A stretch of 64,000 bases of DNA from Takakia lepidozioides (lineage: Eukaryota > Plantae > Bryophyta), in contig CM060732.1 of assembly GCA_030704615.1 (NCBI GenBank), positions 58,466,001 to 58,530,000 on the forward strand, given 5' to 3'. Below, piece by piece: positions 22,232 to 35,650 of the stretch; within the stretch, counting starts at the first letter, position 1, and every line of letters begins with the position of its first letter. A program made the translations under genes and the position numbers. Under the pieces are notes generated by a model, which saw nothing but the letters and a program-made list of their open reading frames with translations, had not been told where the DNA came from and did not search any database.

Positions 22232-24000
22232 TGGCTAGCTCTGGATGTGAAATGAGGAATGTGTGGCAATGTATTGTTGGGAAGCACATGATATACATGT
22301 GGTTGGTTGCACCTGTTGTGCCATAGTTCATTTTGGGTGAGTAAATTTTTGAGGTGGAGGTTTATTTGGCGACACTTGAACTTTTTCCATCATCGTAACT
22401 GACTATTTTTCCAAGTATGGTGTAGTTTTTGGGGGAAGATGTGTTCCCTCTGCATCCAAATTATGGTGAGTTCAATCTCTAGAGGCTGTGCGCTTCTAAT
22501 TCTACATGACAACATATTTTCACCAACTGCATGCACAAACAAATCATAAGCTCCCTACAAAAGTGACAAGCCTCAAATGGCCATGGCTTTAAGATTGTAA
22601 CCTCATGGCCATGTTGAATTTTTGAAGATTGCAACCTCCTTCAACTTTATCGACATGGCCATGTCATTTTTTAAGACTACAACTTTAACGACATTCCATC
22701 TTGCATCATCCATGTCCAATGATCGTCCAAGACCAATTAAACTAAGCCCAAGCCTGTAATGACTTGGTCCTAACGCCTAACATACCGACTAATTTGATAG
22801 TCTCACGTGTTAGTACTAAAATGTGAGTGACATCGAGGGTGCGATTCCTTGGGGCAATTGACACTTACCATGTATCTAACCCTATTGTCCTAGGTTTTGG
22901 AATTTTTATGCTTGCTAAGGGAGTAATTGAAAATTCATATATACAAAGAAGACCTGATAAGAGCCACTTCGCTCTGTGGCTACTTTCCCTTTGTGGAGTT
23001 GGGTGCGATTAGTTATTACAATTTCAGGTCGAAGGGAACAAAAGTAGAAGGCCCTGATATGGATAACAAGAGAGCCGGGCCCAATTATATTCAGTAAAAG
23101 TCGTAAGGGAAGCTCTTTGCGGATTGAGTATATTTTTCCGTCCAAACTAAGAGCCACTTCGCCTTCCGGCTACTTTCTGTTTGGGGGATGAGAATTATAC
23201 ACAAAAGTGCGAGGCCCCGGATATAGTACCATGCGAGCAGGGCCACTGTAGATTGAGAAATTGGGCAAAAAGACGGTAGGGGGCCACAAAATCGAACAAA
23301 GCTCTTTATGGATTTTTTGTGTTTTTTAAGAGAACAAGGGATTGAAGCCCTGGTTAAAATATTATTATCAACTATTCGGGAAAAAATTACACCATGAGGC
23401 ACACACACCCTGATAAGTGAATAGTCGAACCATACCCCCACTAAGGGTAAACACCAGCCATTCTTTTATTGGCGCCAAATTGCGACCTAAAAAAATAAAA
23501 TGGAATATTCTGTCACAAATTCCCTGTTTTTTCATGGATGAAGTCGCCAAACTTCTCCAAATAAAAAAAACATTATGGATGAATTCTCCAAATATGGATG
23601 ATATACATATATTAAGGTAAAGATATGGATGAATGTTACTGGATGAACAGAATGTACAGCTATTTTTTGCAAAACTCTGTAGCCACTCGTGCTGCTTTCC
23701 AAATTCCTTAATGGTAAACACTAAACACCATGGAGTCAGCAAGGGGCGACCCTTACTTGAAAACCAAGGCAAAGCCTTTCATAGAGTAAATGAAGAACAT
23801 GACAGAGCAATAAAGCCAAACACCCAAGATGGGTGGGATGACGATAACTGCTGCTGTAAATCTAGCATTGACCGTCTACTATGAGAACCAATCTATGTGT
23901 AGTGTAGTGAAGTCTCAAGGCTATTGTAATATATGACACAAACAATTGAGACAATACCGTCAATGGCCCGTTCCGTGTGGCCATGATTCCATGAATAACT
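19993..24000. repeat. ~4-kb tandem segmental duplication unit
   Basis: 22232-22855 matches the reverse complement of 7931-8688; 22852-24005 matches 18868-19997; CAGGC microhomology at the junction. Confidence 0.88.
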
Positions 24001-26759
24001 CAGGCCCTCCGCCATTTGAGGGCCGTAAACGGGGGCGGGACCTGGCCAGGTCCCGAAAATGGCGGAAGGCCCGACATGCGGGCCCTTGTGCTGCATAAAC
24101 AAGTGCCTGAAGTGAGGCTTACGAATCATAAGGCTCTTGCGGCAAAACCATGTAGTGATGGAAGTTATGAATAGTAAGGCATGGTCACTGATCGATGTAA
24201 GGCGTCTATTTATACACACCGAAATTTTCGGGCAGTTCCTTACGGGATCAATCACAAGTGCTGGAACAGGAGTGCCACGTTAGAGATTATCAACCGTCCG
24301 ATGGGCTGTTACATGAATCTTCCCCGTTGAAGGAAAAGGTTGCGAGATGTGAGTAGAAGAGGCGAGGGTAAGCGTGTGAGAGTATAAAGGAGGACGATGA
24401 TGTGCGCAGAGATGAGAGCTGGTTTGCGAAGCGTGTGAAGTGCGTGTACTCGCGCTGCAGACTAGATCTGCGCTCTGTGTGCTTTGTAAGTAGATTCGTA
24501 AAGCATGGCCCTCGCTTTTCGTTGCAATGACGAGCTCGCTGCTGCAATAATGGATGCAGAGACAGGAAAACATATATGGGGACGAGAGACGGACACGCCT
24601 GTGCGAGTCAGGCGAGGATTAGGGGTGCAGTAGTCTCGCAATAGTATATAGAGTGCAGTGCTGAGCTAGTCCATTGCAAGTTCGGAAGCGGTTGTAGGAG
24701 GGTTTCGTCGGACCGCGATGACCGGACCCCACATTTGTTTCGAATTGGCAAGGGTATCTAGCGTGACATTGGTCTTGTTTCACTAGTCTATGATGCAGAT
24801 TCTTCATTTGGTTGTACTGGTTCTTTGTTCTGAACTGCATCTAACGAAGGATCTGCATTATAAACCGGTGAAAGAAGGCCGCCTGATAGTGAGGATGATT
24901 GCATTCGCGCTCCTACAGGAGAGCCAATGCTGGAAGTGGCAGCATCGCCCTCTCTCCCTTTTTTCGGGTTTCTGTGGAAGCTTGTCGTTTGAAGAGGGGT
25001 AATGGTGAGAGAGAGAGAGAGGATGCAAACATGAATTTCAGAATATAACATAGCACTGACAATGTTGACCTGGAAGGAACTGAAACTTCCATTCCCAATC
25101 TTGGTGTTTCTAGAGCTGTTATTGTAGTGTTGTTGGCTTGTATTTGCCAGGCTACGTACATTTTAAGATGTTGCTACATGGTGCAAGTGCAACCCTTTCC
25201 CGGGACCCTTCGTCTCTCTATCCCTTTGAGTCTCCTCCTCCCCCTCTCTGATTTCAAGATGACAAGTTCATGACAGCCGTCTCACTCACTGCAGGTCCTC
25301 GTTTTGTCAATGTCTGCTGTCAATTCGAATGAGCATGTATATAGGATAGTCCATTTGGAGCATTTTGTCTTATATGTGGATTTCTAACTGACGAGACATT
25401 GTACATACTGCAGAGTGTCACTGCGGAATTTCTGATGAGGGAGTTCTGGGATTGACCACTAGACACATAGCGTCTTTAAATTTTTAGTTGGTGGAGGCTG
25501 GGGCTGTTGATCTACACGCAGTAGCACATCTCTGAAACAATAGCGAAGTTGTAGTGGGATCAGCTGCGTCAACTACAGTCAGACATTTCCTGGGGATGGA
25601 GGCACAGAGATAAGAAGGAAAGAGCAAATCATCCTTCATGATCCTTTTGGCTCTTTGAAATGTAACGTTCGACATTCTGAAAGTTAATCTATCTTGCAGA
25701 AGGAAAAAAAAAGCGGGTTTAACAGTCTTCACCACGAAGGGGACAACCATACACAAGGTTACAGCAGGAGGGATGCGTTTGTATTTGTATAGCCCGCCAT
25801 GGGCTCGTAAAAGATACTTGTCCCACATACTATATCCATAGACGTGTATGCATCGGCTTTAACATCCTGACACTTCACTTCATATATTTTACATTGTAGT
25901 TTCCTAAAATTACCATTTGCCTGTGGAATCCGTGATAAAGTTACAGTTTGTCTAACCTCCAGCGAAAGAGAATGTAAGAAGTTAACACTGGCTGACGAGA
26001 GAAATTGAGAGGATAAACCTCGAGTGTGCCCATGTACATCTGTAGATTTGATTTGTGTAGGACAGTGTCAATAGCTGCCTGCGAAGAGCCAGCCGAAAAG
26101 GTAGCCTGTCAAGTTGTTAGGCAGGATGGGCTTATCTGTAACTGTACCAATCTGATGCGGGGTGAACTTTTTCATCTTTAACTCATATCTAAAGTCATTT
26201 TATTAATAGAGTGTTATAGAACACTGTCGCTTGGCGGCCACGTTCCTATGCAGCCAAGGTGACATGTCCTCCTGCCTCTTTAGTGACTGAAAGAACACAC
26301 TCTCCATACTAACTTATTGCATACACAGTTCAGGACTCTCCTCCCAGCCAATCAGAGGAGCATAAAAATGCAGTTGATCAAGCATCTGGTCTCGGAGAGT
26401 ACGACCCACTGTGCAAGAAACAACAAAGTGCCATCCACTGACTCGACAATGACATTGGGTGGGGGGTGTAGTAAGTCTTCTTAACAATGACTACAGCCAT
26501 AGTGGCCACCACAAACTTGGGCAGAAAGATAGGTTCTGTAGCAAGAGTACATATAATGACATTCATGATAGTAGTCGAGGCAGATTTCCTGCACTCATAG
26601 TTACGAACTCAATAGAAAGATATGTGCATGTTAGAAACGGATACGAATTGCGTACCCAAGCCATCTAGATACAATGAAATCCGACAGGCAATCAGATCAT
26701 GTGGGTCAAGATAAGGTGTGGAACCAAACCGGACTCTCTCTAATATTCAGATTTCTGAT

Positions 26760-27800
26760 ATGCTGTAGAAGTGCTGTAAATGGAGTCATCTCTTATTCAT
26801 TTCCCCTCTTTCGTTTGGTTCGTCCAGGATGTCCTCTTGCACCACTTCTTTTCCTAATTGGTTCTGATGGCCTTGGCTTATCTGTCTGGGTCCAGACGAG
26901 ATATTGCTGGTTTGCAACTCCCTCCCCCTCATTTTGACCTCCCGCGCTCTATAAAGACCTCAATATGCTGATGATACGGTTTTGTTTTAACAACTCCTCT
27001 ATTGCTAATGTCACCGCTGGCCTATCCTCTTTGAATTCTTTCTGCCTAACTTTGGGTTTGAAGGTCAACTGGCCCAAGAACATTGGATTGCTGTCTAAGG
27101 TCAGTGATCTCTCTTTTGCTAATCGATTTGACCCCTGGGGAGAGGATTTCGTCCTACAATGGCTTGCCGACGGGGCCTCTCACCCTCTTCTGGGATATCG
27201 ATTCGGGTATGAACTCTCCGATGCCATCAGGTGTGATTCCGTACTGGGCAAATCCAAACTCAAACTAGCATATTGGAGCTCTGCCATGCTTTCTGTATCC
27301 GATCGTGCATTAATTCTTAACCAGATTATAGCTGCACCCCTCTGGTTCTTTGCCGATGTATGGTTTCTCGTCTCATCAAATACATCACAGCTCTTATGCG
27401 GAATTTTCTGTGGAGTACAACTCCTGCATCTCCAAAGAGGCGAGCTTTGGTTTCCTGGTCGCAATTCTGCCAACCTAAAAGCATGGGTGGGCTTGGTCTG
27501 TTGGATCCGGAGAAACAACTTAAAGCCTAAATAAATCCCTCGTGCGTTGCAACACTCTCTCAATCCATGGTGCAGGATCGTTGGCACCTACATGGTGAAC
27601 GCTCTCCCTCGATCTTCCCCTCTTTGGGTCACGTCCTTACGTTGGATTGTTCAGGGTTATGGAAACTGCCTTCCTCTGGGTTCCATTGAAGCTCTTGGAG
27701 GTCAATTTGGAGTGCCCAGAACTCTCTCGCTCTCATTTGATGCCCTCGTCCTTTGCGGAAGCGAACATGCAATCCTCATAACAATTTCTAGTCCCTAAAG
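26760..27800 (+). mobile_element. L1-type LINE reverse transcriptase fragment, degenerate
   Basis: VNG..S..F...VRPGCPLAPLLF, QYADDT (~26961), GLKVNWPK, RALILNQII. Confidence 0.8.
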
Positions 27801-29681
27801 ACTTCAAGTCTGAAGGTAGTGAAGTGTCGCCAAAATCAATACATAGAGTTCACAAGTTTACAAGGAGATTCCTGAGTGAGTTGCACTCGAAAGGGATAAA
27901 CAAAGCCTAACTCTTTTTAGATTCTCCACTGTGCCTGTATATGTATCCGTGAGAGAGCTAGAGAATGATTTTGAAAGTGGGAGAAGGAGAGAGAGAAACG
28001 AAACGAAATGAAATGGTACTTTATAATTGGGAGATGGATTGAGAGGATAATTGGCTGGCATCGACATTCTAGAATCCAGCATTGCAACTCTCTACTTACG
28101 TAGACGTCAAACAAAAGATATGGAATAGTGCATAGCTGTACCAAATGTGGGCTATGAAGCTTTGCACTATATTCATAGACGCAGCTACATTGATGTGGAT
28201 TCTCCTCCGGGCTCTTGCTCCTTCATTCCAAAATTTCACTTGATGTGTCCCTGTGATTCTAGGTGTGCAGGGGAAGCTCACAGTTTCCAAGTCGATAGCA
28301 AATCACCAACCATGCATCCATTTGATTCACTTATTCATTTGTTTTTCATTCCTAAATGTGGAGTGAGTGTAGAGGGCAGGGGTGGGAGGAAGGGAGCCAT
28401 CTCTCCATTTCTCTAAAGCTCTTGTGCTGCATTTAGTTGAAATGTCCCATGAATTTCCAAGTTTCAGGATCTCCATGTGGAAATTGTTTTGGCTGCTCAT
28501 TTGATAATGCAAGATTCCCCCTCACCAGATTCTTCCTTTGTAGGCAAATTCAAGGAAATCCCTTCCTATTCCCTAGAATATAAGGGAAATTATCAAAACC
28601 TCTCTATGATCAACTCACTATTATAGGAAACCTCGATAAGGGAGGTAATCATAAATCACCGTCAGAGAGAACGGGGCTCTCCTCGGCCGCCCAGAGCTGT
28701 GTGCAGGGTAGGTGTGAGAGCGTGTCAGAGTACGAGGCTACAGCACCGCGGTGAGCATTCATGGCACTGGCAGCTTCTGAGAACACCAACTCCTGTGCAG
28801 AGTCTGCTGTCATCAGTCCGGAACTGCTAACACATATTCGTGGCAGCCAAGTTTGGCATCAGTCTAGCCAGGACAGTAGAATACTAGATGGCGGATCGAA
28901 CTTGGGCCGAGTGATTGACGGCAGTGCTTGTATGATGCGCCAAAAGTAGCGGGAGCAGGGCTGCGCAGATTCGGTGCGCGAGATTGCAGCTGCGAGAGAT
29001 GTGGAGGCAGTGACGGCGAGGCAGAGTGGGTGCGGGTGGGATGTGGTGTGGGTGCGCGACCCTCTTGCGTCTGTGGCTGCTCATGAATGGGGTGCAGGCG
29101 TAACGGCCGTGACTTCGCAGAAGCAGGTTCAGTGGATGGCAGATCTTGGTGCTCCGGACACGGTTGCAATAAGTTGTGAGGGAGGACTTGAATGCATGTG
29201 GGTAGGTAGGTGCCGATCCAACTTGTCTTGGCACCTGGTGCGGGAGGGATTTTCGGGAAGGTGATGCATAATCAATATATGAAGAAACAGAAGCATTGAA
29301 GTGCTACTTGCCTCAACCGTATTACGTGAGTAGGATGCTCTCTCAGGACTGTTGGTCCAAAGCAATGATACCTGAGCTGCTCGACCAGATTGACTCCTCG
29401 CATCATTTCAGGAATCTTCAGTTTGATGAGCCATGGATGGACCACTTGGATTGCTGCGGTCTAGTCTGAGCTGGACTGACACACCTTTGGGCTTTAGCCT
29501 AGTAGCAGCACAGTGGCTGGCCCTCTACAACACATCCAGAGGCCCGTTTAACATGTGCACACCGACACAAGGGGTTTTTGGTTTAAAATTGCATCTCATG
29601 TCAATTTTTTGTCGATTTTGATTGTTTAGGGGTTGTTTAGGGTCACCACTATTGTCAAGATTAATTATTGACCCTAAACAA

Positions 29682-31859
29682 TCACGAAACTATCTTCAGA
29701 GCATGTAAGTTGCCAAGCTGACCTCCTAATCCCTCCCCAATCTGGGATGTGGCCCATGAATAAGCCACCTCAGTCATCATTTTGTCAGTATTAGGTGCAC
29801 CAGCCTTAGATATGGGAGGCCCTTGGGCTGTGACAGAAACTGAGGGTTGTACCTTTCTTTCGTCTCCTTTCTCTTCTTGATTAACCAGCTTCGCACCATC
29901 ATCCTCCAGACTATGTTGCATGTCAACAGTAACTGGCAGTGATGGATTTGTCGCCATACATTCACCAATACCAGCGTAAACTTTAAGCTCCAACTCCTCT
30001 TGGCAACAAGGCCCAGCTTGTAAATTCCTTCCCTCCATGCCCACTGATCCTACTTCTATCTTCAGAGCATGTAGGTTGCCAAGCTGACCTCCTAATCCCT
30101 CCAGAATCTGGGATGCGGCCCAGGAATAAGCCACCTCAGTCATCATTTTGTCATTACTAGCCAGGACTGCAGTATCTTTCTGCAAGCCAGTATCTGGTGC
30201 ACCAGCCTTAGATATGGGAGGCCCTTGGAGTGTGACAGAAACTGAGGGTTGTACCTTTCTTGCGGCTCCTTTCTCCTCTTGATTGACCAGCTTCGCACCA
30301 TCATCCTCCAGACTATGTTGCCTGTCAACAGTAACTGGCAGTGATGGATTTGTCGCCATACATTCACCAATACCAGCGTAAACGCTAAACTCCAACTCCT
30401 CTTGACAACAAGGCCCAGCTTGTAAATTCCTTCCCTCCACGCCCGCCGATCCTACTTCTATCTTCAGAGCCTGTAGGTTGCCCAGCTGACCTCCTAATCC
30501 CTCCAGAATCTGGGATGCGGCCCAGGAATAAGCCATCTCAGTCATCATTTTGTCAGTACTAGCCAGGACTGCAGTATCTTTCTCCAAGCCCAACAAAGTG
30601 GTCTCTGGTGCACCAGCCTTAGATATGGGAGGCCCTTGGAGTGTGACAGAAACTGAGGGTTGTACCTTTCTTTTGTCTCCTGTCCCCTCTTGATTGACCA
30701 GCTTCGCACCATCATCCTCCAGACTATGTTGCCTGTCAACAGTAACTGGCAGTGATGGATTTGTCGCCATACATTCACCAATACCAGTGTAAACGCTAAA
30801 CTCCAACTCCTCTTGACAACAAGGCCCAGCTTGTAAATTCCTTCCCTCCACGCCCACCGATCCTGCTTCTATCTTCAGAGCATGTAGGTTGCCAAGCTGA
30901 CCTCCTAATCCCTCCAGCATCTGGGATGTGGCCCATGAATAAGCCACCTGAGTCATCATTTTGTCAGTACTAGCCAGGACCGCAGTATCTTTCTCCAAGC
31001 CCAACAAAGTGGTCTCTGGTGCACCAGCCTTAGATATGGGAGGCCCTTGGAGTGTGACAGAAACTGAGGGTTGTACCTTTCTTTTGTCTCCTGTCTCCTC
31101 TTGATTAACCAGCTTCGCACCATCATCTGGAGGTTGCCTTTCAACAGTAACTGGGAGTGATGGATTTGTTGCCATACATTCACCAATACCAGCGTAAACT
31201 TTAAGCTCCAACTCCTCTTGACAACAAGGCCCAGCTTGTAAATTCCTTCCCTTCACACCCACCGATCCTACTTCTATCTTCAGAGCATGTAGGTTGCCAA
31301 GCTGACCTCCTAATCCCTCCAGAATCTGGGATGCGGCCCATGAATAAGCCACCTGAGTCATCATTTTGTCAGTACTATCCAGGACTGCAGTATCGTTCTC
31401 CAAGCCCAACAAAGTGGTAGCTGGTGCACCAGCCTTAGATATGGGAGGCCCTTGGACTGTGACATGATTAACCAGCTTCGCACCATCATCCTCCAGACTA
31501 TGTTGCCTGTCAACAGTAACTGGCAGTGATGGATTTGTCGCCATACATTCACCAATACCAGCATAAACTTTAAGCTCCAACTCCTCTTGACAAGAAGGCC
31601 CAGCTTGTAAATTCCTTCCCTCCACGCCCACCGATCCTACTTCTATCTTCAGAGCATGTAGGTTGCCAAGCTGACCTCCTAATGCCTCCAGGATCTGGGA
31701 TGCGGCCCATGAATAAGCCACCTGAGTCATCATTTTGTCATTACTAGCCAGGACTGCAGTATCTGTCTCCAAGCCCAACCTGCTCCCCATCTCCAGTGCC
31801 AAACCAGCTTTCTCTACAAGCCGTAGGTTCTCTTTGTCTGTGAATCTGACAGTTGACAT
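29682..31859 (-). CDS. 725-aa ORF of ~5.3 tandem 122-137-aa repeats, function unknown; possibly the C-terminal extension of the DCD gene
   Basis: Repeat periods 369, 405, 411, 402 and 366 bp are all multiples of 3; no stop codon; same strand as the DCD gene and 220 bp downstream of it. Confidence 0.55.
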   Translation of the reverse strand: MSTVRFTDKENLRLVEKAGLALEMGSRLGLETDTAVLASNDKMMTQVAYSWAASQILEALGGQLGNLHALKIEVGSVGVEGRNLQAGPSCQEELELKVYAGIGECMATNPSLPVTVDRQHSLEDDGAKLVNHVTVQGPPISKAGAPATTLLGLENDTAVLDSTDKMMTQVAYSWAASQILEGLGGQLGNLHALKIEVGSVGVKGRNLQAGPCCQEELELKVYAGIGECMATNPSLPVTVERQPPDDGAKLVNQEETGDKRKVQPSVSVTLQGPPISKAGAPETTLLGLEKDTAVLASTDKMMTQVAYSWATSQMLEGLGGQLGNLHALKIEAGSVGVEGRNLQAGPCCQEELEFSVYTGIGECMATNPSLPVTVDRQHSLEDDGAKLVNQEGTGDKRKVQPSVSVTLQGPPISKAGAPETTLLGLEKDTAVLASTDKMMTEMAYSWAASQILEGLGGQLGNLQALKIEVGSAGVEGRNLQAGPCCQEELEFSVYAGIGECMATNPSLPVTVDRQHSLEDDGAKLVNQEEKGAARKVQPSVSVTLQGPPISKAGAPDTGLQKDTAVLASNDKMMTEVAYSWAASQILEGLGGQLGNLHALKIEVGSVGMEGRNLQAGPCCQEELELKVYAGIGECMATNPSLPVTVDMQHSLEDDGAKLVNQEEKGDERKVQPSVSVTAQGPPISKAGAPNTDKMMTEVAYSWATSQIGEGLGGQLGNLHALKIVS

Positions 31860-32078
31860 CTCTGTTTGGCCTCCACTCCCATGCTGACAATTGACATCTC
31901 TGCTTCTAACCCTACATCTGCATTATGCAAGCCAAGTGCTATTAAGCTCTCTGGCATTTCCTGTACAAAAGAAGAAGCTGATTTACGAGGGGTTGTGACA
32001 GTTGTTGCCAAGCTGTCTCCAGTGAAACTATAGATCCACTACAACAAACAGAAACTGCAACCTCAAACTCCTCAGAAC

Positions 32079-34371
32079 CTAGTCATTGATGGATTTCCAC
32101 ACACAAGATTCAGCTAAACAGTTTGGAGCCCCAGGAGAAACTGTCACTGCAGGAGTAGGAGGAAGTAGCGCAGAGGGACTTGCTTTGGACATCACTAACC
32201 CGCCTTCGGCAGATGACTGCACAATCCCAACACTGGTCTCACCTTCACCGACCTGCTTTTGCACACACATATGCACAGACACAGATGATGAATAGACGAA
32301 TGCATAAAGCCACACTCTCCACCATCTCTCTGTCTTGCCTGTCTGCATCTCATCTGTCGGTCTTATAAACTCTTTGACTCCAATGCGAAACAATAAATAT
32401 TGCTTGATAATTCTGATGAATTAGACATACACGCGCGTGCATGACATTCACAATATATGCTGGACATGGCTTGATGATGTTGCACGAACCTTCTGACGCT
32501 TTTTGTGCTTTTTCTTCAGTTTATTCTCTCTTTGTGGTCTTTGAAGATCAGGCTGAGTTGAAATCTGATTACTCTGCACAGTCTGGGAATGCAATCCGCA
32601 CAAATGGGCCTCCCTCCTAAATAAATCCATGAGTCTCTGGACCTGTTCAAAGAATATCCTCACATTTACTTTCTCAACATGCCCATGACACATATGACGG
32701 CAAACCAAAAACCAAGACACACCAAAACCACATATGAGAGTCTACTCTGACTTCAAAGCAACATCGTTTCAATGAAAGCCTAGATCGCACTTTGTGTAAA
32801 TTTCTACTCGGGATATCTACTTGAAACTTAATGTTTTCTGGACTGTCAGGTGCTAAGACCTACTGCAAATGATCGTGTTGAGGAGGTGTAGTCGTGCAGA
32901 GACAGAATGGATGCATTAGTCCGCTACACCAGAGAGGCAACCTTTCAATACAATATCAGTTGCCAGTGGAGGTATGATCAGGCTATTGTGGTGTCTAACC
33001 CACCAACAAGACACGTCTCCTTTGTCGGCAGTTAAGGGCATTTCACGAAGCAAGTGACAAGAAACCTCCAGGTTAATGAAGGTTCTCCACGTGCTTTGTG
33101 CTGAGACACCAAGTAACCCACTACAATAACACCTTCCACAAGAGAAGAACCAATAAGGAGGAGATGACAGGGTGACATTGGTCCTTCAGTCAATCTGGGA
33201 CCCAAAAGAATGCCACTGAGAAACCCCTTCTAAATGCAAAGCATCACTTCTAAGCTTGCTAGGCTGACTTTGCATCTGATATTTGCATTCCAGACCAGAG
33301 GAGACTCCAATTCAAGAGTTAGAACTCATAGAACCTACTTGACTTGTGGTCAGCTCATACGTGAACTTGTGCCTATCGATGTAGTTTTCCCGTATGGCTT
33401 CTTTAAAGACATTTTCTGGCAAATTGGGGCACTCATCAATGCAACGGATTTTGATCTGCAACAAACACAAAATCTACCCACACATTTAGTAGAGTTTGAT
33501 TTGACCTCAAAGCATAAAACCTCTCTGATTGCTTGAGATCTTAGTATGGAACTGTGTAATCTTCATTTAACTGCTCCAAACAATAAGGAAATGTGAGGCA
33601 GCAGTGAGCGATCATACTCAACTTAATAAATGGGAGTTCTACTGTTATTCACCCACCGCAAGATGTTTGCCAGTCCAATTGTACAGCATGCTAGCAGAGT
33701 GACAGCATATATGCTTAACAAAACAGGCGCCCGTGTTTGCCTTATCAAATTACCCAGTGTGGGATGATTGTAAATATAACACCAGACCAAGAGCTGTAAA
33801 GATAAGAGGGTGACCTGTGCTGGGAATGAGCCAAAATTGGCAAAGGCACCTGGCACAATACTCATGCCTCCATACGAGGTTGCCTCATAGATTCCTGACA
33901 TTTCCTTGACTCCAAAATTGAAGAGGAAGAGCTTGGAACCAGGGACAACCCGAAGCACCTGCATATTCCAGAAAAACTGGATCAAGAGGTGCAAGTTCCA
34001 TGGCAAGTTCTCTCAAAGTGCAGAGTGGTTCCTTCTCCTGAATGAAAACTGAAGGAAAGTTTTTTGCATTGGCATGTCCTCTCCCTCAAACTTAAAACAT
34101 TTTGTTGGATTCGTCTTACCTGGCTCTTGTTGTTGCCTGGCAATCCAAACAGCTGCAGCCTCATGCACTCATGATAAGTTTTAGTTGTGCATCCAAATAT
34201 CATTCCTGCAAGAGGTGGATCAGCAAGCGGCTCCCGGACATATGGACGTCTTGATGGACGTACCGGGCCTAACCTACGAAAAACACTCGGTGACGATGGG
34301 AATACCCCAAAGGAGCCAGACCCCAACTGGGCCCTTTGGGCCCACTTTGAAAGCCGGGGGGCGTCTTCCAT
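32079..34371 (-). CDS. DCD (development and cell death) domain protein; exons ~34371-34120, 33958-33815, 33455-33339, 32642-32490, 32252-32079; 5' end uncertain
   Basis: LAGMIFGCTTKTYHECMRLQLFGLP / GSKLFLFNF..GIYEATSYGG..FPAQ / IKIRCIDEC..FKEAIRENY..KFTYEL / VQRLMDLF, joined by phase-0 GT-AG introns. Confidence 0.85.
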
Positions 34372-35524
34372 ATATGCGAAGGTTCGAGAAGCCTATGGTT
34401 GATTCAGAATTTCCTGACCCGTAAGTGAAGAGCTTGTTGCAGATCTCTACAGACAGCTGGCTCCTTCGCTAACCACGTTGCCCTGCATCAAATCAGAGGA
34501 AGAGCTGAACTTGTTCTGCATGGAGAGCTGCAATCTGGCAGGGCACGTTTGTTGCATGTATTCCTCCATGGTGAGGGTCCTTAGGAATACCTGAAGTAGA
34601 TGAAGAATGACTTCTTTCGGGAGTAAGTGACGCAATTATGGTTGTTGAGCTACTGTGGGCTTGGATCTTGGGCTAGGTAGGAAGCGCCTCCGCACTTGAC
34701 ATGCTCATTCAACTCCACAACACGCTCTTGTCCCGCACCTGGAATTGGCAGGGTCAATGTGAAGGAACATCGTTGATCTGCCTATCCGCACGAATACTCA
34801 TGCATTCGAAATCTCCATATGCTCATCATCATTGTTAATGTGACCAACAAAGTTAAATGACGCAAGCAGCTCTCTATCCGCACCAGATCAAAAGACAAAC
34901 ATCTATCTGGGAATGTACGTAACCACCCACCTGCCCTCTCACCCCGCCACTAAATGCAGCAGCAGCACTGGACATCCATAGCACATTCCAATAGATCTCT
35001 TGCACCACAGCCAGACCTTGAGCATTTCAGCCTAGCTTTCTTACAGAATCACAAACTTCCCCGCCATGTAGTGGGAGTCGGTTGCTCTACCTACCGGTGG
35101 GACGTTAGGTCTATGTCACGGCCATGTGACATTGAATGTACAGTGCATGCCATCATCGTAATCCGCCTCACGAAATTATTACAGCACACAAACCCCATCA
35201 CCTTATTTAATCCTCCACAGTATCTCGGGAATCTGGTCGTGGCCATCACCAACGTTGTACTCACATTAGTACTGCACGACAAACCTGATCGAGCGTTATG
35301 TGACCATCCCTTCAACTTTGGACTCTTTGAGCTGTTCAACAAAACTGGATTGTAGTTGGAGATACCTAGTGAATGGGTGCGTGTTATCATTGTCTTGGAA
35401 GAGGAGAGGGAACTAGTATGATTGCTTCACTTGAAATACGGATAGAATGAGAGAGAGAGAATTTATTTTGCACATTGACAATTCTTGCGCCTTTTCTTTT
35501 CTCCACAATCTGACACTATATTGA

Positions 35525-35650
35525 GGGGAAAAAGAAAATAAAAAAATGACCGCCTTCCATGGAGGCATACAGGAATGAGACAGGCCGAAACCAAGAGGGG
35601 ATTGAACCCCAAACCCTCAGAGCAATGAACACCCTTAACTTCTGAGACCC
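35525..35650 (-). mobile_element. Degenerate tRNA-derived SINE-like element
   Basis: B box GGTTCAATCCC, 3' end GGAAGGCGGTCA and a T-rich tail. Confidence 0.4.

Noticed and set aside
24000-26700. Short ORFs and exon-like stretches
   Set aside because: No recognisable domain and several stops; no gene model can be supported.
28640-29560. GC-rich stretch with overlapping short ORFs
   Set aside because: No motif, repeat partner or termini found in the window.
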